NCBI GenBank assembly: GCA_051530055.1
Contig: CM121342.1
Span: 6,261,489 to 6,325,488 of the forward strand
Length of the DNA: 64,000 nt
From: Neoechinorhynchus agilis
Taxonomy: Eukaryota; Animalia; Acanthocephala
Direction: 5' to 3'
The notes under the pieces are model-generated. The model saw nothing but the letters and a program-made list of their open reading frames with translations. It did no database searches and was not told the origin of the DNA. The translations under genes and the position numbers were made by a program. Positions 25,857-38,175 of this stretch are shown piece by piece; the first letter of the stretch is position 1; each line of letters starts with the position of its first letter.

Positions 25857-27888
25857 GGGTGACGGAAAAATTGGCATAACTTAAAACAGCAAATATTCTT
25901 TTTTTAAAGAAAAGAATTAAATTATCAAGAGAAAAACACGTCCGTTTATATAAATCGAAAATATATAGTTAATACGAAATAATGCGTGAAATTTAATAAA
26001 AAAAATGCAAAAGTATTCCTTAGAGGATAAAAATTTGTGGTTTCCAGCGAACATCGCAATCGTTAAAACAAGATAAAATTTGCTTACCAGTTCCGGATTC
26101 TAATTCAGACATTACATTTTTTGTAACGCTTACCAAATCGATTTTTTCATTTTCTCGGAACAAATTAGCCACGTGATCAATTCAGACCTTATCGACCTAC
26201 GATTAAATCCTTTTAATTGCCGATAATATTCGATTGCATCCGTGTTGCGCAACTGTAGATAAATCACATCGCTTCCACTTCTATTTTTAGAAGACGTGGT
26301 TGACAAGTTCGGTTAACATCCTCGTATTTTTGTGACGGTCGCAGATCGATACACTCGGTTATATGTAAAGCAATCTATTTAATACGAAATTTAGGCTTAA
26401 ATTTCTCTTCCATTCAATTATAAATTAAACTTTGCTTTTTTTTCTAGAAATATGCAACGCAATAATTCCAACGATTCTGAGGATGTCAGAGACAACTCAG
26501 ATGAATCCAGAAAGTCTGATAATCTTACCTCGCTTCTACAAGACATTCTCGATGTGCAAAATAGTCCTAATATTGAAGTAACTGTCGATCACGATGTTTC
26601 ATCTGCCATGGAATCTAAATCTACAAACGATTGTTTAAGAACTAAAGAACATAAATCTCCGAGTCCGTCGACGATTACACCTGTCGCTGAATTCAATGCC
26701 ATCAAAAATAACCAATCAACTGGCGATTTTTCCACAAATCTTACTATATTGCTCCAAGAAATAATGAGTTACAATAATGGCACACCTTACGAATCTCTTG
26801 CTGATTCTTACAAAACTCCTCATTCAGCGGCAACTGATCAAATTTTGCCGAGCATGGAATTATCCCATCATTTAAACGTTTCATCAGTTGAAGACTTTGG
26901 TGCAGTTCAAACCGGCGAAACCCCGTCAAGTAGAAATGAAGGAAGTCAAACGAGTTTGACATTCCTTCTTCAGGATATTCTGATTGTAAATAACGGTCCC
27001 CAGAACGATTCGGTTATTCGTGCCCAGCGCCCGAATTCTACGGAATCTTCGAGCGATCGCATTACTGTGAACGCAAATCCTTCAATTCGATCGAGGGATT
27101 CATCAGTTAAAGAATTTAGCGCCTATGAAACCGGCGAAACCCCGTCAAATATCAACGAAGAAAGTCAAATTTGATTAACTTCTTCAGAATATTCTGGGTG
27201 TAAATAACGGTCCTCAGTACGAATCACTGTAGGGACTTTTATATTAAATTTCCATCATGTAATTAAAGACACTTTTGGTCGATTGTAAAATTAATAAAAT
27301 AAGAATTTTTTAGTGCACGAATTGATATCAGCATAAATTTAGCCGCTATATTTGTTAAAATTGTAAAAAATGGGAAAACGAAAAGTAACAAATGCGGACC
27401 CAATGATTTAAATTCATAATTATCGAAAGCTTAAATTCGAAAAATAATAGCCAGTTTTTTGTTGCAATTTTGTATTGAAACATAAAATAGTCAATCTTTT
27501 AGCGCCGACAATTAGAATTGAAGGCTAGGCATGCGATCTTAGAATCCGGAGGGATAATGCGCTTCCTTTAGCCACATAAATGGCCGATGTCTATTAAAGA
27601 AATCAGCCGTGAAAAAAGGCCTCACTTCAATTTAGAATAAATGTTACCGTCCAGCTTGACTTTAAATATTTTTATATTGATTTTTAAAAATGAAATCCTA
27701 TTATTATACTCCAAAATCCGAAAATACTAATGAAACAAAAATTAACGTTTTAAATATTATCGCTGCGCCTTGCAACAAGTTTGTCAAAACATAAAAATTT
27801 TCATAATTTTTTTAATATTACATAAGACAAGGTTTGTTTTTTTAAGTTCAACAAAATTACGTGAAAAGTCGTTAGCAAAATAAAAGCT
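25857..27888 (+). repeat. Inverted, rearranged duplicate of ~20750-23490
   Basis: 25857-26012 = rc 23050-22925; 26016-~27224 = rc 22201 into the coding region, with internal deletion; 27230-27320 = rc ~23490-23400; 27545-27888 = rc ~23395-23052. Confidence 0.9.
26452..27174 (+). pseudogene. Truncated paralogue (240 aa) of the 19671-21764 repeat protein
   Basis: First ~165 aa nearly identical; internal repeats deleted; early stop at caaatttga, with remnants of the next repeat out of frame. Confidence 0.75.
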
Positions 27889-28770
27889 TTCTAATTTTTC
27901 TCTTTACGACCTCATAAAAAATGTACCCATCAAAACGAACAATATTGTATTGGTCAATAAACTATACTCTGGAATCGTTCATAAATTCTGGATTAAGTTT
28001 AATTGACAATGCTGCTCAGATGTACAGACAAAGATTAAGACCGATGTTTGCGTTAAGGAGAAAAAACAAAGGAAAGTACCCCATCGATATAGCAAGGAAA
28101 AGATTCAACGGACATAAGAGAAAGATTTCGTTCGAATATCCTCAATCCGAATGCCACTGCTTCCTTGGATTTCGACCAAAAGCTTTGACAATGTGAGAAC
28201 TGAATTTCAATTTAATTTCTTTTTAAATCCAAATAAAGTGTTGTTGTGGCATTGCTTTTAATGAAGAAAAAGTAATCGTTATTTGAGCGATAAACAATTT
28301 TGGTTTCAAAATATGGAATGCGGATTATGTGCCGTGGACTGTAATTCAAGGATTTTCGTTAACAAGAAATTCTTTTATTGGAGGAAAACTGATCGAAAAG
28401 TGTTCAAAATTAGTCTTATATTTATAATTGATCGACACAGAAATTAATACATCGTTGTGATTCGGTCAAAAATACAGTATAATTTTCCGCTTTCGCGAAA
28501 CCGAAATGTTAAAAAATCTACCTTAACATTACGACAGCGATCATCAAAAAAAATTGAACGGTATTTTTTAAACTTGATTAAGATAAATACTTTTTGCACT
28601 AAAAATAGGACGAAGCAATTTAAATCGAGTTTCTATTTTTAAATTTAAATAAAAATAAAGAAGGATATTGAATATATTAACGTTACATCAAATTATTGAA
28701 GGAAATTGTTCTTTGGTGGTATTAAATTGTTTGTCAATTTGGAGGAACGAATTCTAAGAATATGCAATAA

Positions 28771-31182
28771 ATGTCGCGAAAAAAGGAACTTAAATCGGAA
28801 TCAAACATTATCCGAGAAAGAGATACGAACATTTTACCACAGAACGCTGGTTCACAAGAGGAGGTTTTGATTAATCCGTTCGAATGTGAGGTTATTGATG
28901 CAAATCGAATAACGACTTCTCCTTCGTTAATGGCAACAGAAACCGAACAAATTCAGTTGTTAGAAGACAATAAGTTTAACAGGTTCACTAAGCTTCTCAA
29001 GGACATTTTGTGTGTCAACAATGAAGAAATGATCGCAAAATTTAAAGCCATAGCAGAGAAAAGCAGCGAAAAATCCAATCTAAAGCGAACTAAAAATAAA
29101 AATGGAAAAAGAAAAAAGAGGAGGAAGGAAGAGATAAAAGATGAGGCTAAATTTCTAGTCACTGAGAAAAGCGATTGCGACGTTTTGGATGTTTCTAACA
29201 AGGAAAAGTCATCGCTGACAAAGATCGTAGATCGTCCACAAACGAAGGGTTTGCAAGAAGACAAAATAGTTATTAATTTTACAAGTCTTCTAAAAGAAAT
29301 TTTAAATGTTAACAATGAAGAAATTACTGCAGACATTCATGTCGAGAATAAGAGAAGTGATAAAACTCCATTACCAAAAACAAGTGCCTCTACTTTGGTG
29401 ATTCAAAACATTGAATGGCAAGAAACAAGTCTTAAAAATTTAGCTAATGAGTCATCTGATTCTGTTGATCAAAAGAAAATTGATCCTGAATATGTTAATG
29501 ATTTTAAGCGATTCGTAACGCTTAAAACGATTATAAGGGATATTTTGGATGTTCAAAATCCTGGAGCAGACGATAGGTCATCAGAGAAAATTTCCAAGCC
29601 AAAATGCAAGTTTTCTTTTCCAGCAACGACCGAAGGTGGCGTATTGGATAAGTGCTTAAAATCGTCCGGATATATTTCCGAAGAATCAAAGGGAACAGAA
29701 CCCGAGTATCTGATTGAGAGTGTTATCACTGAAAATCGGCGGAATATTTCTCAAAAATCCCAAAATACAACAACAACAACTCACAAGGGAAAACTAACGT
29801 TTACCACCCAATTCGATGTAAGAACTGCATTGGCTTATATTCCAGGAGAAATGCGAAGATCGAACCCAAGAAAAGAAGCGTCTTTTGTAAGCGAGTCTTT
29901 ACACTCATTTGACATGGATATCACTCAGCCTATAAGAATGTCTTTGGACGAACCTGACGATAGATCATCCGAGTCTTTGAAATCAACCATTAACATTGAT
30001 AAAAATCATGCTAAAAGTCATCAAACTCTCACTGGAATTTTACGAGAAGTTATCGATGTCAACAGCGCAGAACCGATCGAAGATGTTCTCGTTGCGGTTA
30101 GAAGCAAAGATTTATTTTCAACCGATAACAATTCCAATATGCATTTGAAAGACGATACTGAAACCAAGAAAACAATACAAACAAAAATGGAAACTAAATC
30201 ATCAGAAATGAGTAACAGGAAAAAATCTGACGGAGATGAACAAAGTGATACTCTCAGTGAAATCTTAAGGGAAGTATTAAGAATACAGAACGATGAGTCG
30301 ATTTTCTGGACGGAAACCGAAGCAGACAGCACCGATGAACGTTTGTCGCAAAAGCAGTTACCGAACAAGAAGATAAAATCAATGTCGAAAGCGACGAATG
30401 TTACTCGGAGTCAGGATAAACCTTTAAAAAAGCGAACATTCGCTAATTTCTCAACTGAAATGGCAGAAATCTGCAAAGAAATACCCGTACAGCAAAACAT
30501 TATCGAAACGAAATCCGTTGTTGATCAAAAGGTTCATCACGACTATAAACCAAATGTTAACTTAAAGGAGACCGATCATCTTAAAGACCTTTTAATCGAT
30601 ATTCTGAAAGTAAATAATGAAGATGCTATTGATAGTTGTAAAAATGAAAAGTGTAAGAGTCCACAAGGGCCACACAGTTCAAAAGTTCCCGTAAAATCAA
30701 TTAATGTAACAGTATTATCCAATGAGCCACAAACAAAATCAATGACACAATTATCAACGGAAATAGCGATAGAGCAGACGGATAAATCAGCAGTAACGAT
30801 GTTAAAGGAGTCATTTAATGAAGATAAGGACAATATTGAACTTGAAGATGTTTCTTCATTTTGTGAAGGATCAACTGACGACCATCATGCCGTTAAAATC
30901 ACAAACCACCGAATATCCGCAATTCCGATTTCACTGCAAATTCCAGCACCAGAAAAGCATATTAAATTAAAGGATAAACAATTATCAAATTTAATCAAAG
31001 AAGTTATTAACGTTAACAATTCAACCGCTTTAAGCTTTACAACTCACAAGAAACAATTGAGTGATAATTCTTTTAACCATGAGAAAAGTATAACGAAAAA
31101 TGAACATAAAGTGACCCCAATTTCTGAAGAAATTGTTAGAACGTCCAAGTCCCAGCAAGGAGAAACAAAGAACGATCAGTAA
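28771..31182 (+). CDS. 803-aa Lys/Glu/Ser/Thr-rich, likely disordered protein with seven xLxxLLx[DE]ILxVNN-type helices
   Basis: Long ORF with FTKLLKDILCVNNEE, FTSLLKEILNVNNEE, LKTIIRDILDVQN, LTGILREVIDVNS, LSEILREVLRIQN, LKDLLIDILKVNN, LSNLIKEVINVNN. Confidence 0.85.
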   Translation: MSRKKELKSESNIIRERDTNILPQNAGSQEEVLINPFECEVIDANRITTSPSLMATETEQIQLLEDNKFNRFTKLLKDILCVNNEEMIAKFKAIAEKSSEKSNLKRTKNKNGKRKKRRKEEIKDEAKFLVTEKSDCDVLDVSNKEKSSLTKIVDRPQTKGLQEDKIVINFTSLLKEILNVNNEEITADIHVENKRSDKTPLPKTSASTLVIQNIEWQETSLKNLANESSDSVDQKKIDPEYVNDFKRFVTLKTIIRDILDVQNPGADDRSSEKISKPKCKFSFPATTEGGVLDKCLKSSGYISEESKGTEPEYLIESVITENRRNISQKSQNTTTTTHKGKLTFTTQFDVRTALAYIPGEMRRSNPRKEASFVSESLHSFDMDITQPIRMSLDEPDDRSSESLKSTINIDKNHAKSHQTLTGILREVIDVNSAEPIEDVLVAVRSKDLFSTDNNSNMHLKDDTETKKTIQTKMETKSSEMSNRKKSDGDEQSDTLSEILREVLRIQNDESIFWTETEADSTDERLSQKQLPNKKIKSMSKATNVTRSQDKPLKKRTFANFSTEMAEICKEIPVQQNIIETKSVVDQKVHHDYKPNVNLKETDHLKDLLIDILKVNNEDAIDSCKNEKCKSPQGPHSSKVPVKSINVTVLSNEPQTKSMTQLSTEIAIEQTDKSAVTMLKESFNEDKDNIELEDVSSFCEGSTDDHHAVKITNHRISAIPISLQIPAPEKHIKLKDKQLSNLIKEVINVNNSTALSFTTHKKQLSDNSFNHEKSITKNEHKVTPISEEIVRTSKSQQGETKNDQ

Positions 31183-31749
31183 GATTGAGATTCTATCAAA
31201 AGTTAGTGTTTTATAAACTTGACAGAATATTATTTTTATTTAAAATAAGTCCGATATGGACCATTCGTAGTCAATGAGTTAAAATACGGCTATTGCTTAA
31301 GTAGCGATTTTAGAGAGAAAATTAGAATAAGGCGATTGCGTTTGTTTAATTTACAAAAATATCGTTAAACGTTTCGTTGTTGTGATGAGGGCGCATTTGA
31401 ACATAAAAACCCGAGAAAAAGCGTTTTTTTATGAGTTATAAATGCAATATTTAAAAATGAACGAAAAACTTTAAATCCGTATTTAAATTTCTGCCACAAA
31501 AAAATGCTTTTATACCGATATTATTAGGGAATCAGATTTGCCAGTTGGACTCTCAGAAGTACAGAATCGAATTGGCAGTACCGTTCCCTTTTTCTTGCAT
31601 TCATCGAATGATTTTGATTACTTAAGATATTCTCACTTACAGGAATTTAACATGCCATCACTCAAACGTACAATGTCAAGGAAGTCCTTGTCTTGGACAT
31701 TTCCGGGTCGAAAAATTCCATCGAGTAAAAACGCAATTGTTCGATTCCA

Positions 31750-33740
31750 AATTCGAGCTGTTAAGTTCCCTCCATTGCTTGAGGACTTTTGATCCTTCTG
31801 ATTGTTTGACTAGAATGACTTTTTTCATCGGTATTTCATTGGAAGGTTTAACAAAATACGTCGTGAACTCATGGTTAACAACGCTCTCAGTGTCACTTTG
31901 AACTCCTGAATCAGTAGATCTGTCCAGAATATGATTGGACGCTTTGCAGTGATAATTAACATCACTTGTGAATTCTAATTGGGCTTTTAAACTTTCCTCG
32001 CGATTGCGAACGGAGCTAAATTCGGGGTGAAATGGTTGTGATTAAAAGATATCGCCGGCCACATACCCTCTGCGGAAATAAGAAAGTCCGCTAAGGGATA
32101 AATTGTAGAACCGAACAAACGGAGAGATCATCTTAGCATTTACGAGAAAAAAAAGTTGAGATACTCTTTCCCTTACAACAAGTCGCTACTAATAAGTTTC
32201 TGACATCAGCATTGTTGGCTCAGGAAATGCGTTGGCATATGTGAAGCTAAGGGAATAGAGTCGTATTTTTGGGTTGTCTTTTCACCAGTTTCGATCGATT
32301 AGTACACTCACTTTGATTGCATGGATCTGCGAGGGCGGCGTAAACGTCGCCGAAGACTAGAATCCATATCATCTTCATCGTCTTCACATCCACGAACTGT
32401 GGGAGATGGTGGCATGGAAGGGATTATTTCCACCGCAGGCATTGATGAGGAGTTGCACGATTGGGTGTATGCCAATTGCCATTTCTTTGTTTCCTCTCGA
32501 GACCTGTCCAGATATTGAAGACTTTCTTTATAGCTGGATTGAAGTTCTCCGATCTTCGGGATGAATTTTGTCTCAAAATTGAGGCTGATGAACGATACAC
32601 ACGAACCTGTTTCTGAAGAACACTGTAAGCCTTAATACCCTCGTTGAGTTTCTCTTTCAACAAAACATTTTCGCTCTCCAAACTCTTCATTCCTTGTTTT
32701 AACTCGGAAATGTGGGACAGGAGATCTTTGATTTCTTGCTTATATTGATTACATTCCTCAATCCGCTTAGCGATCTGCATATTTGCGGTTTCAAGTTTCG
32801 TGTTGGTTTTCGCTAAAATGATGGAAAACATTCTGTGAAATATAATGAAATTCATTTTTATATCCTAGTATTTTTTGATTTGGCTTGAAATGAAAGGAAC
32901 AAAATTGGAATGTATCTTAATTTCCAAAGTTTAGCTAAAAATTATTTTATAACAGCCGAACATTTTTAGGATCGATTAACAACCATCTTTAAAAACCGAA
33001 ATTAATGCGATAACAATGCAGTTCTCTCATGAGTAAAATCCTGATAGAATGAAAAGACTAATGAGTCTATCAAATGAACTGGTATGTTAAATCAAAAGAG
33101 TTGAGCTCAATTTTCCCGATAAGTGTCTAAGATTTGAAAATTTTAAACTCCGAATCACAACAATCCTAATCGAGAAATGAAAAAGTAGAGCATTAAAGAA
33201 TGATCGATCAACGCTCCTTAATTTGCATAATATCATTTAATTGCCATAACGAAACTCATTTTATCTTCACTTGAGACTTACACATCTTATGAACACAGCT
33301 CTTCATTAACTTCCGCTCTTTATCTTCTACTTGTTTCGTCTGTCCTCGTAAAAGTGATGCCTAGAAGTTTTTTTCTTATAAATATATCCACAAGTTAACA
33401 CTAACCTCATTTTTCAATTTCTCATTTTCCGCCTCCAATTTTTTGATTTTCGTTGCCCAATTCTTTATCTGAGCGATGCTTTCATCCACCCTAAAATTCC
33501 ATTACTGAGTGTTTAACTTAGGTTAAGACAAAAAAACCTTCCGCTGGTATTCGTAGAATAGCTTCCTGCGAGTCGCTCGGTTTCATCCAAAACATCGCAG
33601 TAATATTGCTCCTCGTTTAATTGACTTATAAGCCTTTCCTTGATTTTTATATCATATCGAAGTTGATTAATCTATTCACAAAAGTTTTTTGTGAGTTGTT
33701 TATTGCGTGATATAGAGTTCAAAATAACCTCTTCGTCCAT
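31750..33740 (-). CDS. Multi-exon coiled-coil protein with tiny GT-AG introns; in-frame TAG in exon 1; 3' exons uncertain
   Basis: In-frame joins via introns 33537-33491 (47 nt), 33405-33361 (45 nt) and 32606-32572 (35 nt) give heptad-like peptides (IKKLEAENEKLKNE; ELKQGMKSLESENVLLKEKL; IGELQSSYKESLQYLDRSREE). Confidence 0.6.
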
Positions 33741-34479
33741 GTTTTTTAGGTAGGAAAGACCGAAATCCAAATAAGGGAATTGCATCACATAGAGAATACT
33801 AGAGACGAACTTAAAAATTCATTCCTTTTTACGGACCATTTAGTACATATTCATATCAGGCCTCTTCTAATGAAGAAACACTCCGTTATTTTTTCAAACA
33901 ACCGAAAAATTTTCTTTGTGGTAACGAGACGGGCACCAGGTTCCTCGACTTCATTGTGCAATTAGAAATGTCAACTGTTACAAAGTAACAGAAAACTGGT
34001 ATTTAGTGTCATCATTTGTTCGGAAATTAAAAAGCAATTTTTAAACAATGATTCGGATGAGGTTTTCCTCTTTAGAAATATTTCTTAATTCAATAAAATA
34101 CATTCACTACAGCTACAAAATTGAGTTATCCTACCTTTTTTTTTAAATAAATTTTCATTCGAACTCCGAAGAAGTTAAGACGATCGCGAAAAAGTCTGCA
34201 AAAATATCGCGGTTAAGTGAAAAAGTCAATAAGATGAATGAGGCAATTGAGTTCTTTTTTTCAAATTTAAATCGAAAGTGAAGAAAGCTTTTATACAGTT
34301 CGCGGAGGTACTATGAAGAAAGCCTTTCTCTCAAGAAACACTTGAAGACAATCAATGAGTTTGCAGAACATTTATAGGCACGAAGGCTAACTGGCTCTTG
34401 ATAGAAAAACACCCTAGGGTTTAGAGACTTTAAAATTAAACGTTCCTTGTTAAAATCGACAAATTGGATTCTGAAAATA

Positions 34480-34615
34480 AAATTATGGAAAGCCTCTTTT
34501 CCCAACACCCTCATGTTTTATTCCAGATTTATTATCGAACGGAACGCAAGGCGTCGAAAATTTGAAGCGAGAAATAAATAAAACACCCATTTTCCGTTCG
34601 ATAATAAATCTGGAA
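34480..34615. mobile_element. Palindromic element of the satellite E family
   Basis: Perfect 22-bp inverted repeat ttccagatttattatcgaacgg (34521-34542 / 34594-34615); 34480-34542 is near rc of 56770-56830. Confidence 0.8.
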
Positions 34616-36600
34616 TTCTGAAAATATGTTATATTTCGATTTATATTTAGTCCAAAAAACGGTTTCTTCGCCGGACTTGTTAAAATTCTTATGACCGTAT
34701 TAAATTTTTATATGCTTAATTGCATCGAGGATTCGACATTCCCTTTCGGAATCGCTAATTCGCCGATAAAAATAGCTGGTTACATTTCCAACCTTGGTAA
34801 AAAGTCCGACAATAGAGAAAGTTTATAAAAAATGAAGGATGAATAGGAGAAAATATTGATTTGTTCCGGATTGAATTGCGGCGACGAAAAATGTTTTTTT
34901 TTGCAATTCAGTCGCATTATCCAAAAAATTTGCTTGCCTTCTTCAAAAGTTTCTCTCTCTAAAGCTTTCGTTTCCAAGTTAAATAGGGATCGTAGGTTAT
35001 AAATCTATGTGATTTTTAAAATACAAACATCCGATGGATGCAGATAATGGAATTTTTGGTCAATTTCTAGATTATAAACAAATTCGTCGCCTTTACAATT
35101 TTCTGATCTTTTTTTTCTTTATAAACATAGTCCAGGTTTTTGGTTTTGATACAAATTCTTTTATTTTATCAATAAGAAACTCGTATATTTTACGGATAAA
35201 AATCGTACTAAACACATAAAATGCACCAGATTAAGCGTCTAAGAGAATATGTGGAAGTGGGGGAAAATTCTATATCAAAGACGGATTTCTTGACGGTGAA
35301 CAATTCACAGTGAAATATTTCAAGTGCTTCTTTGATATAAAATTTTTCCCCATTGAAACTTTCAATTGAGATCAAATGTGAAGAACAAATTCTGTACTTA
35401 CTACTTCACTTGACCGGGATAATTCTTCGTTAAGAGAGTCAATGGACACTCTTAAATCATCATTAGTCTTTAAGAGTCTTAAACCGACAGTCGCTGCTAA
35501 TTCAAGATCTTTTTCCTTCTAAAAGTTTTAACGTCAAGTTAATGTTTTACTTGATAGTTGTGTACCTCTTTGAGCAAGTAGAAGGTTGCTTGTGGATCAT
35601 CGAAATTTGCCGTCATTTGTCTTAACCGAGATCCACATTGCACTAAAATCCACCATGATTTTTTGTGTCTTTGTTTAATGTTGATGTGTGTGGGTTGGAG
35701 CGACGAAGTGGAAAACAAAGCGAATACACTCATTGCATTGTTTAAAAAAAATAAGAGTGGCGAAAAGTGCACGAGGATATATCTTTGGTCAATATAAAAT
35801 CTACTTTTTTGAAAAGGAAATGTACTATTTCTTCAATTGAAGATAACGGAACCAACAATGCTGAATATAGGAGTGTTTTTAATGTTCTAAAGTACCCGCG
35901 AGTCTGATGATTGATTATGAAGCTACCTTTTCGAGTTGGATTATTAAAAGAATAACTTCGAGCATTTTCCTTAGGCATCTTAGCTTGAAAAAGTTGTACT
36001 ACGATTGAGTGTTGCATTTTAAAAGAACGACTCTCACTGACGTACGGATTACAAAGGTTGACAAATAGAGTTTCCGTCAATAAATACACTCAAAAGTCTA
36101 ATCCGAAATCGGTTATGGTCATTTGCCTGCGTCGAAAGTTAAACAGGAATACAATGCTCTCCATTGGTGTAATTTAATTAATCTCATTACAACGAAAACC
36201 TCTTAATGGCTTATTTCGAAGACCATAAAACGGTCGAACTAAATTCATTTTCTGTCTAATTCAAAATGGAGTTGTTCCGTCTTCTTAAGAAGCTGACATG
36301 TGCACCTTTGAGACTCTAAATTAACTAAACATTGACCCATCATTATCCTTTTATTCGCTGCAAGGGTCGAATGCGACGAGCGAAAGGTCAACATTGCCTA
36401 ATATATCGGTGCTCTATAAGAAAATATCGATTGAGCAGCTTTTGGGGACCGCATTTTCTGTGCACCACTCTTTTAATCAACCTTAAAATGTATAAAATGA
36501 AAAATGGTAGCAGAAAATCCAAGGCGATTTGTTGTTAAAACGATTCATGCCGCTACTTGGGAATAAATTGCCCAAAATAAATGATTTTTTAAAGTCTTCA

Positions 36601-36674
36601 CCCGCGATTAATGATTATTTCGATTAAAGACGTTCTGAGAACCTCGTCGGGAATAAATAATTATTAATCGCGGG
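36601..36674. mobile_element. Short palindromic element
   Basis: cccgcgattaatgattattt / aaataattattaatcgcggg. Confidence 0.6.
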
Positions 36675-37758
36675 ACAATAATTCCGACCTTTAATTTCTT
36701 TAGACTATGAATATCGCCAAGGTCACTACTAAATATTCAAGAGCTTTTCCTTTAAAACTGCATGTAAAAATCCACTATTTAACGTCGGTATGCATCGGAG
36801 AGCCGGTAAATAATTTTTTTATTACAATTTCAATTCTCATTGTTTATGGTACTGGTTATTAACCGGACGAGGTTCAAAACGTTTTTAATCGAAAAAAAAT
36901 TTACCGAGTGAAACACTCTGATACAAGGAAACATTGAGGGCAAATAAATGGTCTTTCTAATGACCAACATTTTGCAATGAAGGCTTTTTTCATATTTTTT
37001 GTCAGATTTTAAAAAAAGATCCCGAACTTCGGGTTTGGCGATTCCGAGCACTCGAGCTTAAAACCTGAGTGGGAAAAACTCATTTTTGGATGATTGAGGA
37101 GTCGAGGTTTCCTCCTCTGTGAAATATTTCCAATAAATCAAAATCAAATAGGTTATGACCGGCGGATTATGTTCACCAAAATTATATACTTTGACTAACC
37201 CGAAGGATTTTCTCTATCGATGACTAGTCACTTAGTTTCTTCGATTGTATTCGGGGGAATGAAATTTTGTCTTAACCTTCCCTGCGATATTGATTTATTG
37301 TAAATTTTTCGACTAAACGCGACCCTGTTCAGACATTGCTTGAACTCACATATTTAAAAACTTACAAGCAATTTTCTGAAGAGGATTGAATCAATATCGC
37401 GGGGAGATTACAATTAATACTAGTCCCTTATTTTTAAGCTATAAAATCAAAAAGGTTTACAATTAAAGCGAATTTAAGTTGGCGAAACAACCTCTTTCAG
37501 GACCAGTCAGAGCATTAGAAATTGAACGTTTCGTAGGATACAAGAGGAAAAGATTTTTTCAAAAGACGTTATTCCATTTTTTTCAATTGCGTAATTAATT
37601 GTGGTGGTCTAAGGACGGAAAATTCGATTTTTTACAAACACACAGCCGACAGCTAATTCCCTGGAGCCAAATTTCCACTTGATGAAGCATAAATAACTGA
37701 AGCAACACCTAAAAAGAATGAGATGATGTTCTAAGTGGAGAAGAGCTCGCAGATCTCT

Positions 37759-38175
37759 TCAAAACGCAAACTGTTTGCGGGCTGTCGAGAATTGATTGAA
37801 TTCCAACTGGACGGGAAAGGGAGACTTACCAAAATACCGAAGCGTATGGCGGATCTGTTCTGTGGATAGAACAGACTCGTCGTTGCTCAATTCGCAAACT
37901 TGTTTCTCGAAATCTTCTCTTAACCACTCGCTTTCGCTTTCCTCGAATTTAAAGCGTTCTTTTCTAAGTTTATACAAGTGAAGTTGAACAGGGTTGTCTA
38001 CAACAGTGCCGGTATCCGTATTTTCCGATTGAGACACCGATGAGGTAGGTCCTTTATAAATGAGAGAATTCTAACCAAAACATTACAATTAAATCAAACC
38101 TTCAAATGTCTCTTGATCAACAACAAACTTATTCTTCTTGCAAGAGTCTTCTATGCACCGATCATTTTGAAACAT
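37759..38175 (-). CDS. Unknown protein, first two exons; downstream end uncertain
   Basis: ATG 38175 (MFQNDRCIEDSCKKNKFVVDQETFE), a 48-nt GT-AG intron (38099-38052), then in-frame continuation into ORF 37759-38037. Confidence 0.5.

Noticed and set aside
20380-30833. Short ORFs antisense to the long repeat-protein genes, PGK and the homeobox gene
   Set aside because: Shadow frames of real coding sequence.
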